From Eledone cirrhosa (Eukaryota), in NCBI GenBank assembly GCA_964016885.1, contig OZ024754.1, forward strand, positions 17,050,001 to 17,114,000: a stretch of DNA of 64,000 nt, written 5' to 3'. The translations under genes and the position numbers were made by a program. The notes beneath the pieces were generated by a model. The model searched no databases and was not told the origin of the DNA. It was given only the letters and a program-made list of their open reading frames with translations. Below are positions 40,630 through 54,224 of the stretch, piece by piece. The number at the start of each line of letters is the position of its first letter. Position 1 is the first letter of the stretch.

Positions 40630-41915
40630 ATTTGTGCGAAAGATATGTAAAGACTTGAAAGAAATGAAGTGAGCATGCTCTACTGGATGTGTAATGTTAG
40701 TGTGCAAGAACAACAAAGAAGAAATGAGCTGAGAGAAAAAAACTGTTTAATGTAGTGTGTAAGAAAGAAGAAGACTGCTGGTATAGATGTGTGATGTGTA
40801 TGAAGGATAAGTTTGGTAAAGAATTGCCAAGTGATCCATGTGGAATGAAATTGTGAAAGAGGAAGAAGTACTAAAGGCTGGTCTGAGAATGTTGAGCCTT
40901 ACAAAGCTGTTGATGTTGAATTGTAATAAATGCTAAGATATTGTGCTGGAGAAGACTTGAGTCTTACAAAGCTGACGATGTTGAATTTCAATAAGTGGCA
41001 AGATACTGTGCTGGAGAAGACTTGAGCCTTACAAAGCTGTTGATGTTGAGTTGCAATAAGTGGCAAGATACTGTGCTGGAGAAGACTTGAGCCTTACATA
41101 ACTGGTGATGTTGAGTTGCAATAAGTGGCAAGATACTGTGCTGGAGAAGACTTGAGCCTTACAAAGCTGTTGATGTTGAGTTGCAATAAGTGGCAAGATA
41201 CTGTGCTAGAGAAGACTTGAGCCTTACATAACTGGTGATGTTGAGTTGCAATAAGTGGCAAGATACTGTGCTGGAGAAGACTTGAGCCTTACAAAGCTGT
41301 TGATGTTGAGTTGCAATAAGTGGCAAGATACTGTGCTGGAGAAGACTTGAGCCTTACAAAGCTGTTGATGTTGAGTTGCAATAAGTGGCAAGATACTGTG
41401 CTGGAGAAGACTTGAGCCTTACATAACTGGTGATGTTGAGTTGCAATAAGTGGCAAGATACTGTGCTGGAGAAGACTTGAGCCTTACATAACTGGTGATG
41501 TTGAGTTGCAATAAGTGGCAAGATACTGTGCTGGAGAAGACTTGAGCCTTACATAACTGGTGATGTTGAGTTGCAATAAGTGGCAAGATACTGTGCTGGA
41601 GAAGACTTGAGCCTTACATAACTGGTGATGTTGAGTTGCAATAAGTGGCAAGATACTGTGCTGGAGAAGACTTGAGCCTTACATAACTGGTGATGTTGAG
41701 TTGCAATAAGTGGCAAGATACTGTGCTGGAGAAGACTTGAGCCTTACATAACTGGTGATGTTGAGTTGCAATAAGTGGCAAGATACTGTGCTGGAGAAGA
41801 CTTGAGCCTTACATAACTGTTGATGTTGAGTTGCAATAAGTGGCAAGATACTGTGCTGTATAAGTCTCATCCAACTCCAGCAGACATGGAAGAATAGATG
41901 TAGTGATAATGATAT
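40630..41915 (+). mobile_element. Degenerate RTE LINE 3' remnant whose end is expanded into a 65-bp tandem array (~40893-41859, ~15 copies)
   Basis: ~40633-40700 reads CAKDM*RLERNEVSMLYWMCN (compare LCAEDLRRLERNEACMLRWMCN in the 21-23 kb RTE). Period 65 (41401 to 41466). RTE-like tail catggaagaatagatgt after the array. Confidence 0.8.
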
Positions 41916-42318
41916 AGAAGACCATAACTTTATTATGACCTATTTTCCCCCATTTATTTATAATACATTTAATAAAATAAGGCCACACCTAGTTTCTATT
42001 ATTTTAAAGGTATTTTTATAACAAAGTCTCTGTATCTACAATATAAAGCTGTATATAAAGCTGTATATTTTAAAGTGTTAATATGTATATAATTTCTTGT
42101 CTGATAACCTGTGATAAACAGGCGAAACAAGACTCACTATTTAGCCTTAATAAAATGAATATATATATATATATATAAGAATTAAAATACTAGAGTGCGT
42201 TGGAGTAAAACACACTCGTCGTATTATAGAAATGACAGTATAAGATATAGCTCAATGTAATACAACAGAGCCGAAAAATTTGGCTTGTTCTGGCCGTTAA
42301 TGCTTCTTGTCAATTTAC

Positions 42319-42364
42319 TTGCCCTGATGAGTCCTTATTAATGGGACGAAACATTGTAGGCCAA
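42319..42364 (+). ncRNA. Canonical type I hammerhead ribozyme (family C) in a TRPM intron, sense strand
   Basis: ttGCC-CTGATGA-GTCCT(tattaat)GGGAC-GAAAC-att-GTA-GGCcaa: all core nucleotides, three helices and a GUA cleavage triplet at 42356-42358. Lies inside a ~230-bp island bounded by (TA)n. Confidence 0.82.
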
Positions 42365-43495
42365 TAAAGACTTTTGATGTATTGAAGGCTTCTTTGTTTA
42401 TTTTTATAATTATATATATATATATATATATAGTGAAAGAGTGAAGAATAACATGGTCAACAGTACAAAAAGGGTTTTATTTACAGTATTAACAATTGTT
42501 TCATTGATTAGGGTGTCTAAAAATTGCTGAACACTTGAAGTTGTGTCACTCAATTTTAAATACATGCATGCCTAATCAAATCATTGGAATAACTGATTAA
42601 AATTATACACAGCGTTTGTAATATACTAGGAAAATTCAAATCACAACATCAGTAATAAAGAAAGAAAAAAAGAAAGAGAAAAGTAAAAAAGAAAAAATAT
42701 ATTAAATAAATAATAATAAATAAGTTAGAATGAAGATGATCAAAAATAAGTAAAAAATATATATATGTGTGAAAAAAAGTGAACATAATATGATTGTTGA
42801 AAATAGTTGTGGTGGTGGTGGTGGTGGTTAAAGTGATAGTGGTGTGTAAGTATAAAGATGTGATGGTATAAATATGAAAATATTAAATATATATACATAT
42901 ATATTGGTTAAATTACAGAGGGTTATATTAGGAAGAAATAATACAGTGATAAATAAAGGATAAATTAATAAATTAATAAGTTATGTGAGAGGTGAAGAGA
43001 AGATGATAGGATATAATGGAAGAGGTGAAATAGTTTTAGGGAAAGAGAGTGAAAGAAAGAAAGGTTAGGAGGTTATGATGTTGATTTAGTGGATAATTGG
43101 TCTATTGACAGTTAATAATAATGGGTTATTATAACATAATTGTTTCTACTTTTGGCACAAGGCCAGCAATCACCCAGTGCATTACTGGTACTTTATTTTA
43201 TCGACCCCGTAAGGATGAAAGGCAATGTTAACCTCGGCGGGATTTGAACTCAGATCATACAGGGAGGTAACTCTATGCTTCAAAGCATAGAGTCCGACCC
43301 TCTACCGATACTGCCAATCCACCGGGTTATATAACATAATACGGAGTACTCACAACCTCTAACTGGATTACCTATAACGATAATTTGTAATCCCATATAT
43401 ATATATATATATGTACACACACACACATCGTTATATTTCATTTTTTTCTAAGTAAAAGTTTTACTTTATTATAATATATCTTATGTTTGAAATAC

Positions 43496-43758
43496 TTCAC
43501 CCTTTTGACACCAAACTGCCTAAAACCACCCCAGGTTCTACAATACAAAATCTGTTTATTTTTTAAATATTAATATTTATGTAAAAACCTTCCATCATAA
43601 TTTTATATAAGAACCATTGTTATGTTCCAAACACCAAATAAATTATGGAAAAGTTTAGTTATATTACTAAATCCTTCCAACTTATTGATTATTTTCTAAA
43701 CTATTTGAATATCATTATCAGTGTCTTTTTATTAAAAATATGATAATGAAGGGGTTAA
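43496..43758. mobile_element. Second piggyBac-like/MITE family (degenerate); related fragments near 7157, 35930, 45820, 51570-51790 and 60691-60847
   Basis: Ends ttcaCCCTTTTG... and ...AAGGGGttaa. Recurring internal motifs caccaaactgcctaaaac and cagtgtcttt. Confidence 0.5.
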
Positions 43759-43856
43759 TTTTAATATTTTTTTTTTTTTATTATTGAAAAAATAGAAGTT
43801 CCTGAATTAAAAAAAAAATGTTTAACTTTCTTAATTAAAAAAAAATTGTTTTTCAG

Positions 43857-44028
43857 AAAATTGTTCCTTACCACTGTGTGTCATCCCCTAAAACCAATTG
43901 TGCTGTTCTGAATAGTAATCACTCGTACTTCCTCCTCATTGACAATGGCACTGTAGGCAAATATGGTGGTGAAATTTTATTGCGGAAGAAGCTAGAGAAA
44001 TATATCAGCCAACAGAAGATATGCATAA
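43857..44028 (+). CDS. TRPM: TRPM exon 3 in window (KIVPYHCV...LNSNHSYFLLIDNGTVGKYGGEI...QQKICI)
   Basis: Acceptor tttcag|AAA and donor A|gtacgt. Contains the LN..HS.F.L.DNGT.GKYG.E TRPM motif. Phase 0 in, phase 1 out. Confidence 0.95.
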
Positions 44029-44565
44029 GTACGTACACATTAAACAAATTTTTTATCTAATTTTATTGTCATTGAAAGCCAACATTTTTGAGGTATTGTC
44101 ATGAGGTAATGGCATGGTCCCGTAACTCCTGGGAGAGTCATAGGGGTGTCGTATTGACATACAGCATTTCTTAGGAGAATATAAGCCACCCACCTCTTCT
44201 GTTTACCATCAATCTTTTTGTCACATGACATATTTCTCGGCTTATGAGTATATATAGTATATATAGTATATATAATATATATAATATATATAGTATATAT
44301 AATATATATAATATATATAGTATATATAGTATATATAGTATATAAAATAAATGTTTGTAGTATCACAAGATTTACAGGTACCATTACACCACACTGATGT
44401 TTTTTTAAAACATAATTAGGGTTTACAATCTCTAAATAATTAAATAGTTTGCCTGTAATTAAAATATATATATATAAACCATTTAAAAACTATGAAATAT
44501 TTTCTAAATAAATTAATAAAAAAAAGAGATTTCTAAATGTAAAGAAACTGTCCTTTCATTTTTCA

Positions 44566-44601
<36 letters not shown>

Positions 44602-45544
44602 CCTCTCTCTCTCCCTCTCTCTCTCTCCCTCTCTCTCTCTCTCTTACTCCCCCCTCTCTCTCCCTCCTCTCCTCCATTCTGTCTCCCTTCCATCCTTCTC
44701 TTCTTCTGATCACCCCCTCACTCTAGTAAATTACTGTATCCTTGCTCATATACATTAATCTGTGTGTGCTAAAAAGAATCATCACATTTAAACACACACA
44801 CACACACACACACACCTATTTAACATAAACAATATTTTTTTAACAACTCTAATTATGGTGACGATGGAGGTGATGGTGGTGCTTGTGGTGGTAGTGATCA
44901 CGGTCGTGGTGGTGGTGGTTGTTGTTATTTTCTCTAGGTCAGTCCTGATAGAGTAGACCTATGATATAAAGGCATTCCAATCATGACATCTCATCATATT
45001 TTTCAGAGATAATATATCTTGCACTACATTATCCAATATGTTTTTCACATTTTAATGTTGTTAAGTGGGATTTGTGAGAGATTTCACTGCTATTTCTAGC
45101 ATGTCAAGTGACCACACAGAAGCATCTTCAAATCATCAGTACATTGAGTAAATAAGCCGAAAAGGTTGAAAAACCAGGAATCAATGTCAATAAATTCATG
45201 TTTAAAGGTCAACCATCCAATGTTCCTTCTAAGGTGTGCATACCTGCATGCACACATACTATGCAACCAGTGCACAAATGAAACTGCACACAGTACAAAT
45301 CACCTGGAATGTATTCAAAAGTCACCTGGTTTATACACTTGTGGCAATATCTAATACATTGGCATTTCAACATTGAGAAGACATTGTAACTTTATGGCCC
45401 CATGTCTTTAGATTTTCTGATTTTCCTATAGTCATTTGTGTGTGTATGTGTGTGATTACACACACACACATGCATGCACACACACACAAACACAAACATG
45501 GATCCTAAATGACTGACCTAATAGGCAGTAAATTTAACACTATA

Positions 45545-45722
45545 TGAGTGTGGGCTGAAAATTTCATAGGCTGACCAAGATACTCTCATGGAATGACCAA
45601 ATATGGTTTGTTTTTCAACATAGAAAGAAACAATAAGTAGATTTGAAAATAATGCAAGCAAGATTTTATAGCACTAGCATCACTCCTTCATAGTCAGCCT
45701 ATGAACTTTTCAGCTGACCCTT
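45545..45722. mobile_element. Mariner-like MITE; second copy at ~52995-53175
   Basis: TIR gctgaaaa.ttcataggctgac / gtcagcctatgaacttttcagc; shared internal caagatactctcatggaatgaccaaat. Confidence 0.65.
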
Positions 45723-46978
45723 TTAATTAATACATTAAAATAAATAACTTTGTATCATAGAACCAAGGGCAGTTTCAGGCAGTTTAGTATCAAAATAGTC
45801 AATCATAAAATTTACCTCAATTCATCCTTTTGATTACAAACCACCCCAAACTGGATATGGTTCTACATTGTCGTAAAGTAGTCTTATTTATCTAAAAATT
45901 ATCCAGTATAATTTTATGTAAGACTTCAAGTTTTAGTACAAACACCATCTTAATAAGGAAAATTCTTGATTATTTTCCAAATGATTTTTAAATAATTGGC
46001 AGTATGTGTCATTAGATATACCAGCAGAAAAAACACCCTTTGGGTGGTTTTCTGCTAGTATGTGTAGTGTGTATATTGATATTATACACAAGTATATATG
46101 CATGTAGATATGATACATCAAATTAAATTGTAATTGACAATATACACAGAAATTGAACGAAGACTGCGTTACACTGTCTTATGTAATCAGTAACGTAATC
46201 CATGATACATTAAAAAAAGACGATATTATATATAAACTGCATTAGGAGAAAATTAGCGACGGAAATATATGAATGTTTATATAAGCGATCGCTAACCGGA
46301 AGTGTTGACATTTGAAAATTTTAAAGAAGTGAATCTTAAAATAAGGAACAAAATTATTTATAATTAATCAAGAATAACGAAATTTAGTAGATAAATTATG
46401 TAATATTCATTCATTATTTATTCAAATCCCGGTGGATTGGCAGTATCGGTAGAGGGTCGGACGCCATGCTTTCCAGCATAGTTACGTCCCTTTATGATCT
46501 GAGTTCAAATCCCGCCGAGGTTGACTTTGCCTTTCATCCTTACGGGGTCGATAAAATAAAGTACCAGTAATGCACTGGATAATTGCTGGCCTTGTGCCTA
46601 AAGTAGAAACAATTATTTATTCAAATCCCGCCGGGGTTGATAAAATAAAGTACCAGTAATGTACTGCGTAATTGCTGGCCTTGTGCCAAAATTAGAAACA
46701 ATTATTTATTCAAAGTAATCCAACTTATTTCACAAACAGGATAAAAAAATATATTCTGGACGCAGTCCCACACTCCTTACTTTATTATAGTTTAGATTTT
46801 ATCGAAAGGGGTAACAATTGGATTATTTATAGAAATTCAGTTTTATTCCGCAACAAATTTTGAGACTAATATAAGGCTTGTTTTATTTAGTCTTCTTATT
46901 TATGGTAAGAACTTTTTTGATTTTAGTTTATATAGATATTTTGTATATTTTAAATAAATATGTCTCTTATAATTTCAG

Positions 46979-47162
46979 ACAGTGGTGTAAAAGGACGTGG
47001 TGTACCAGTAATCTGTGTGGTTTTAGAAGGTGGGGCCAATACCATTCGTTCTGTTTTGGAATATGTAACAGATTCCCCTCCAATACCAGTTGTAGTTTGT
47101 GATGGAAGTGGACGTGCTGCTGATTTGCTAGCATTTACTCATAAATATACCTCAGACGATGG
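46979..47162 (+). CDS. TRPM: TRPM exon 4 in window ([19 protein letters not shown]...[16 protein letters not shown])
   Basis: Acceptor tttcag|AC and donor GG|gtaaat. Contains VPV..V.EGG and [13 protein letters not shown] motifs. Phase 1 in, phase 2 out. Confidence 0.95.
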
Positions 47163-47204
47163 GTAAATATGGAAATCTCATCATTTCTAACATTCTTTTC
47201 ATAT

Positions 47205-49195
47205 ATGTACCACACACATGCCACATGTGTGAATCACACACACCACATATATGTACCAGACACACATGCCACATGTGTGTATCACACACACCACATATAT
47301 ATACCAGACACACATGCCACATGTGTGTATCACACACACCACATATATATATCAGACACACATGCCACATGTGTGTATCACACACACCACATATATATAC
47401 CAGACACACATGCCACATGTGTGTATCACACACACCACATATATATACCAGACTCACATGCCACATGTGTGTATCACACACACCACATATATATACCAGA
47501 CACACATGCCACATGTGTGTATCACACACACCACATATATATATCAGACACACATGCCACATGTGTGTATCACACACACCACATATATATACCAGACTCA
47601 CATGCCACATGTGTGTATCACACATACCACATATATATACCAGGCACACATGCCACGTGTGTATCTCACACACCACATATATGTACCAGACTCACATGCC
47701 ACATGTGTGTATCACACACACCACATATATATACCAGACTCACATGCCACATGTGTGTATCACACACACCACATATATATACCAGACTCACATGCCACAT
47801 GTGTGTATCACACACACCACATATATATACCAGACTCACATGCCACATGTGTGTATCACACACACCACATATATATACCAGACACACATGCCACATGTGT
47901 GTATCACACACACCACATATATATATTAGACACACATGCCACATGTGTGTATCACACACACCACATATATATACCAGACTCACATGCCACATGTGTGTAT
48001 CACACATACCACATATATATACCAGGCACACATGCCACGTGTGTATCACACACACCACATATATGTACCAGACTCACATGCCACATGTGTGTATCACACA
48101 CACCACATATATATACCAGACTCACATGCCACATGTGTGTATCACACACACCACATATATATACCAGACTCACATGCCACATGTGTGTATCACACACACC
48201 ACATATATATACCAGACTCACATGCCACATGTGTGTATCACACATACCACATATATATACCAGACACACATGTCACATGTGTGTATCACACACACACACC
48301 ACATATATGTACCACATACACACACAGCATGTGTGTATCACACACACACACATGCCACATATATGTACCACACACACACCACACACACACACACCACATA
48401 AGTGTACCTACCACACACACACCACATATATGTACCACACACACACACACACACAGATATATACACCACACACACACATATACACCACACACACACACCT
48501 CATATATACACCACACACACACATATATACACCACACACACACACCATATATATGTACCACACACACACACCACATATATACACCACACACACACACCAC
48601 ATATATACACCACACACACACACCACATATATACACCACACACACACACCACATATATACACCACACACACACCTCATATATACACCACACACACACATA
48701 TATACACCACACACACATATATACACCACACACACACACACCATATATATGTACCACACACACACCACATATATACACCACACACACACACCACACACAC
48801 ACACCACATATATACACTACACACACACCACATATATACACCACACACACACACACCTCATATATACACCACACACACATATATACACCACACACACACA
48901 CCATATATATGTACCACACACACACCACATATATACACCACACACACACACATATATACACCACACACACACACCACATATATACACCACACACACACAC
49001 CACATATATACACACACACACCACATATATACACCACACACACACCACATATATACACCACACACACACACCATATATATGTACCACACACACACAACAG
49101 ACACATACCACATATATACACCACACACACAACATATATACACCAAACACACACACCATACACACACACACACACCACACACACACACACACATA
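47205..49195. repeat. 48-bp minisatellite (~22 copies, to ~48290) decaying into CA/TA low-complexity sequence
   Basis: Unit cacacatgccacatgtgtgtatcacacacaccacatatatataccaga. Confidence 0.95.
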
Positions 49196-49443
49196 TAGAG
49201 AGTTAGAGATATACAGACAGACGAACATAAAACAAAGATAATATGTAATAAAACAATGTATATATGTGTGTGTAAGTGTGTGTGTGCTGCTTTGTCTAGA
49301 AACATATGTATATATGTGTGTGTGTGTGCTGCTTTGTCTAGAAACATATGTATATATGTGTGTGTGTGTGTGTATGTATGTGCATGTATGTGTGTCCGTA
49401 TGCATGCTGTTTTGTCTAGAGGCACACACACTCGTGCACACAT

Positions 49444-49477
<34 letters not shown>

Positions 49478-49910
49478 TGTGTGTATGTGTGTATATGTGT
49501 GCGAATGCTATTTTGTCTGGAGGCATATACATATATATCGTGTGTATGTATGTATGTGTATGTGTGTGTGTGTATGTATGTGTGTGTGTGTGCATGCTAT
49601 TTTGTCTGGAGGCATATATATATATATCGTGTGTGTGTGTATGCTGTTTTGTCTGTTGGCCTATATATATGTGTGAGTGTGTATGTGTGTGTGTGTATGC
49701 TGTTTTGTCTGTTGGCCTATATATATGTGTGTATGTATGTATGTATGTGTGTTTGTGTATGCTGTTTTGTCTGTTGGCCTATATGTGTGTGAGTGTGTAT
49801 CATTTTCTCTTTTTATCTTGGGAATTATTTTAATTTTAATATTTTATTTAAATTTTCTGGCTAAACTCTCTATTTTTAATTGTTTCTTCTCATTGTAATG
49901 ACTCTATCAG

Positions 49911-50034
49911 CGTAATGCTTGAAGGAATTCGAGACCAGCTCATTGTTACTATTCAAAAGACATTCCAATATACCCAGTTGCAAGCAGAAAAACTTTTTAT
50001 CGAACTCATGTTATGTGTAAAAAAGAAAGAATTG
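49911..50034 (+). CDS. TRPM: TRPM exon 5 in window ([18 protein letters not shown]...CVKKKEL)
   Basis: Acceptor tatcag|C and donor TTG|gtatgt. RDQL.VTIQKTF.Y and C.KKKEL resemble TRPM3. Phase 2 in, phase 0 out. Confidence 0.92.
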
Positions 50035-50109
50035 GTATGTATCTTCTCCTTGATATCTACCTTTGTATATTTCTGGTTCATTTCAGTTTGTCTATGTAAT
50101 ATGAATAAC

Positions 50110-50460
50110 TACCATTTCACTCTGTAATGTGTTACTGTTGCTGCCAGGATATATCATACCCAATACATTTTGAAAAGTATTAGTGTTACTGTCACAATAA
50201 ATTGCACCTAGTTCACTCTGTAATGTATTATTGTTGCTACCAGGATAAATTGCACCCAGTAGACTCTGTAAAGTGGTAGTGTTATTGCCACAATACATTA
50301 CACCCAGTAGACTCTGTAAAGAGGTAGTATTGCTGCCATATTAAATGCACCCAGTACACTCTGTAAAGTGGTAGTATTGCTGCCATATTAAATGCACCCA
50401 GTACACTCTGTAAAGTGTTAGTGTTACTGCCACAATAAATTGCACCCAGTAGACTCTGTC
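50110..50460. repeat. Degenerate ~50-bp tandem repeat (gcacccagtagactctgtaaagtggtagt...)
   Basis: About 6-7 copies; resembles the RTE/SINE-2 3' segment gcacccagcac..ctgtaaa. Confidence 0.75.
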
Positions 50461-53400
50461 TACCAAATTTCACTGACAAGGCATTGTCAAATCTAAAGCT
50501 GTAGTAGAAGACATTACCAGGATGATATGCAGCAGGACTCTACCTAAAAAACACAGCTATGGTAATGCCTCACATGGCCTCAGTCTGTCGGCTGGAACAT
50601 GTAAAAGAGATATGCCTGCCATTTTTTTATATTGTATCCAAGAAAACCTACTTTCTAATAATAAAATGTAGTTTGCTTGAAGCCTTGTATATACATATAA
50701 AATTCCGTAATAACAAATTTTTCAGTATAACAACACTTTTTTCAATCCCTGCCACACGCTCCATGTGTGAGGTCGATCTTGTTAGAAACATTTTTTCGAT
50801 ACAACAAATTTTTTCTATACCCCATAAATCTCGTTATAATGGAATTTCACTGTAATATATTATATGATGTGGAAACTGATAGAATTCTAAACAATGCAAA
50901 ATGGACGATAAGATGACAGTAACGAAACATTTAGTTACCTGTTAACCTTTGTTTTTGTTGATTTTTCTATTGTCCTAATATTTCATGACTTAAAATTCCC
51001 TTCACCAGGGTATAAGGAACTCTCAGAGAAAACTGTTCCGGTTACTTCTCTACTTTCTAATATAATTCTAGTATCTCAACCCATGCTAGCAGGGAAAACC
51101 GACATTAGATGATGAAAATGTCTCAATGATATCTCGGTCATCTCTGTAGAGAATTAATGTAAAAAACATGATTTCTTTTCTAATTTAACAAATGACAAGC
51201 AAAGAGACTGTCGATAGATTGAAGTAAAATCAACAGACATGCTTGAATTGATTTCCTATAATAGATTTTCTTTATATCATCAAAGTTTCTTTCAATCATC
51301 ATAGAAGAGGTGAAGAAGGACATGTCTGTTTTTGCCATTTCACAGTGTGCAACATTCAGCACAATTTCAATATGTAAAGATATTTCTCTTTTAATATTAT
51401 TCCTAAATCATTCTTTTATTGTGGCTCTAGTTTTAACTTTTTTTTTTCTTTTTTTTAAAATTATTCAAATATAAAATTTGTTTTTATTCTCAAGTGTCAT
51501 AGAGTACAAAATATCCTCGAAGAAAATTGGAAAATTTATTTTACCTGATTCTGTAGTCAATTATTTCATTAGAGACAAAACTGCCTTAAAACAACCCCTA
51601 CTTCTATGATATAAAGCTGTTCATATTTATTGAAAAATATATAATTTTATGTAAGAACCATTATTGAGTTATGCTCATGAATATGGCTACAAAAGGGTTA
51701 ACTACATCTACATTAGCTATGTAGATGTAGTTCACCCTTTTGTAACCATATTTCTCATTAAGCTGATGTTTAGAGTATAACTCAACAAAGGCTGGCATGA
51801 ACATCAAATCATCTTGTTTCCTTCTTTCCCATTAATTCAAAGAAATCGATGGGTTTAGAGAGTTATTTAAGAATGATCCGTGAGTCAAGGGACACAACTC
51901 TTATCATTAAAGTTTATTTATGTGTTTAGTCTTGCCTCTGTGAAATAAGTAAGCTTATATGGTTTTCAACCGCAATTTCTGTGAATACAAATCTTGCACA
52001 TATTTGAATTGTAAAAAAATATTTTTTTTTAAGGTTTACCATTTATTTGATAGGTCCCTGTGTATCATTGTTGTCCATAGAAAGGCTCTGTATTGCATAT
52101 TCTACAAACACTACCTCTTAACTTTCTTTTCCACCTAAACAATGGTTTCTAATATTGGCACAAGACCAGTAAAATTGGGGTGATTGGAAGTAGAGGGCGT
52201 CGATAATATCAACCACAGTACTTAACTGGTACTTTTATTTTATCAACCCTCAGAAGTATGAAAGGTAAAGTTGACTCCAATGGTATTTGAAACCAGAACA
52301 TAGGGGACTGTAATAAAATAACCAATACTTGACACTGTAACACATTAAACTTCTCATTTAATTAATGATTATTTGTCTCATTTGCTTAATAATTTCTGTA
52401 GAAGTTGAAAGGTGAACAAAGAATGCTAATACACCCCTTCTCTCTCCTTACCCCGTGAATTCAACACACAATGTGAAAGAATGAAGGATTTAGTATCATT
52501 ATGTTTTTAGTAATGCACTGGATAATTGCTGGCCTTATGCCTAACGTAGAAACAATTATGTTTTTATGTAAAGTGGTTTGTGATAGAAAGGGCATCCAGC
52601 TGTAGAAAGCTTGCTAAATAAAAGGCTGGGAGGACCCTTTGATTTTGTCAAGGACATGGCAGCCTTTCTAATGTTCTCCAACAATAAAAGCATCCAGGAC
52701 ACACTGTAAAGTGGTTGGTGTTAGGAAGGGTATCAAACCCTAGAAAACTTGCCAAATGAGGGGTTAGGAGGACCTCTCAGTTTGTGTCAAAAGACATGAC
52801 AACTTCTCCTCTGCACTAGATTTGATCGTATGTTAATGGAATACAGACCCTTTGGCCTGTCTGGGAGGTCAGTAGCCCTGCTTCAGTATTGACTTGGTTT
52901 ATGTAGATCTGTCCAACCCTTTCTAGCAGGACAGGCATGTGAATAAGAGCTTCACTTTATTTCAGTGTTCAATTCCACTGTACAACACCTTCAGCATAGA
53001 CTGATCAAGATACTCTCATGGAATGACCAAATGAGGTTTATTTTTCAATATAGTCCTTGGAAAGAAACAATGCAGTTATTAATAAGAAGAGTTGCAATTA
53101 ATGCATGCAACATTTCACAGCTCTAGCGACACTCTTTCATAGTCAGCTTATGAACTTTTCATTCTACCCTCATATGTTGTTTCCTCTAGTTTGACACCCA
53201 CTTTACAGAGTGTACTGGGTGCATACATACATGATCTTGTCAGATGATTCCTTTCTCATAGCTCAATGTTTGATCAAATTTGTGTTCATCCTTGTTCACC
53301 CGTGTACTCTGAGATGCACACGCCCTCACACATACACACGTGCATGCACACTCACACATACACGCATGCATGCACACTCACTCATACACATTCACTCATA

Positions 53401-54224
53401 CTCTACTCACACTCTCTCACACACAGACATATATTCCCTCACACACACATATATATGCACATTCACACACACTCACACACTCACACACACACTCACACAT
53501 AGACACATCATTTCATTTTTCATTTTACGTCCACTTTTCCCTGCTTGCAAGGGTGGGACGGGAACTGATTCTGGCTTGATTTCTACAGCTGGATGCCCTT
53601 CCTAACACCAACCTCATTTACAGTGAGTGCTGGGTGCTTTTTTGCCGTGGCACCTCCACGACCACTTTTCAGTGGAATGATAGGGACCCCAGTCCCTATC
53701 ATCTCATTTCTACAGCTGAGTAAACTGGAGCAATGTGAAATAAAGTGTCTTGCTCAAGGAAACAACACATCACCCGGTCTGAGAATTGAACTCACAACCT
53801 TTTGATTGCAAGGCCAATGCTCTAACCACTAAGCCATGTGCCTCCATATATATATATAAACTAAATATTTCAATATCTAAGATTCATGTATTGAAAATAG
53901 ATAGATGCTTTGCTTTAGATGAAAGGAAGTGAACAAGAGGGTTAAATTGATTGATATGCTATTGGTTTGGCAGAGTAAATATATCTAGCCATAGACTGAC
54001 ACACACACAAAAGCTTGCACCCAGTCCACCCTGTCAAAAGTGAAAAGATTTATTTCAGTAGTGTGTGTGAGAATATTGGGAATAGTAACATATGTTAGAC
54101 AAGAACTAACATCCAACTCAAAAGTTCTATTTTTATTACAGATTTATGAAAATCTACTTTCTCTCCTTTCTGCTTCCTCTTCTCCTTCACCCTTTCCTCC
54201 CCATCTTATTCCTCTTCCCCAGAC

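Noticed and set aside
40893-41859. CRISPR-like regular array (also 62268-63030)
   Set aside because: No unique spacers, no cas genes, eukaryotic intron; these are plain tandem repeats.
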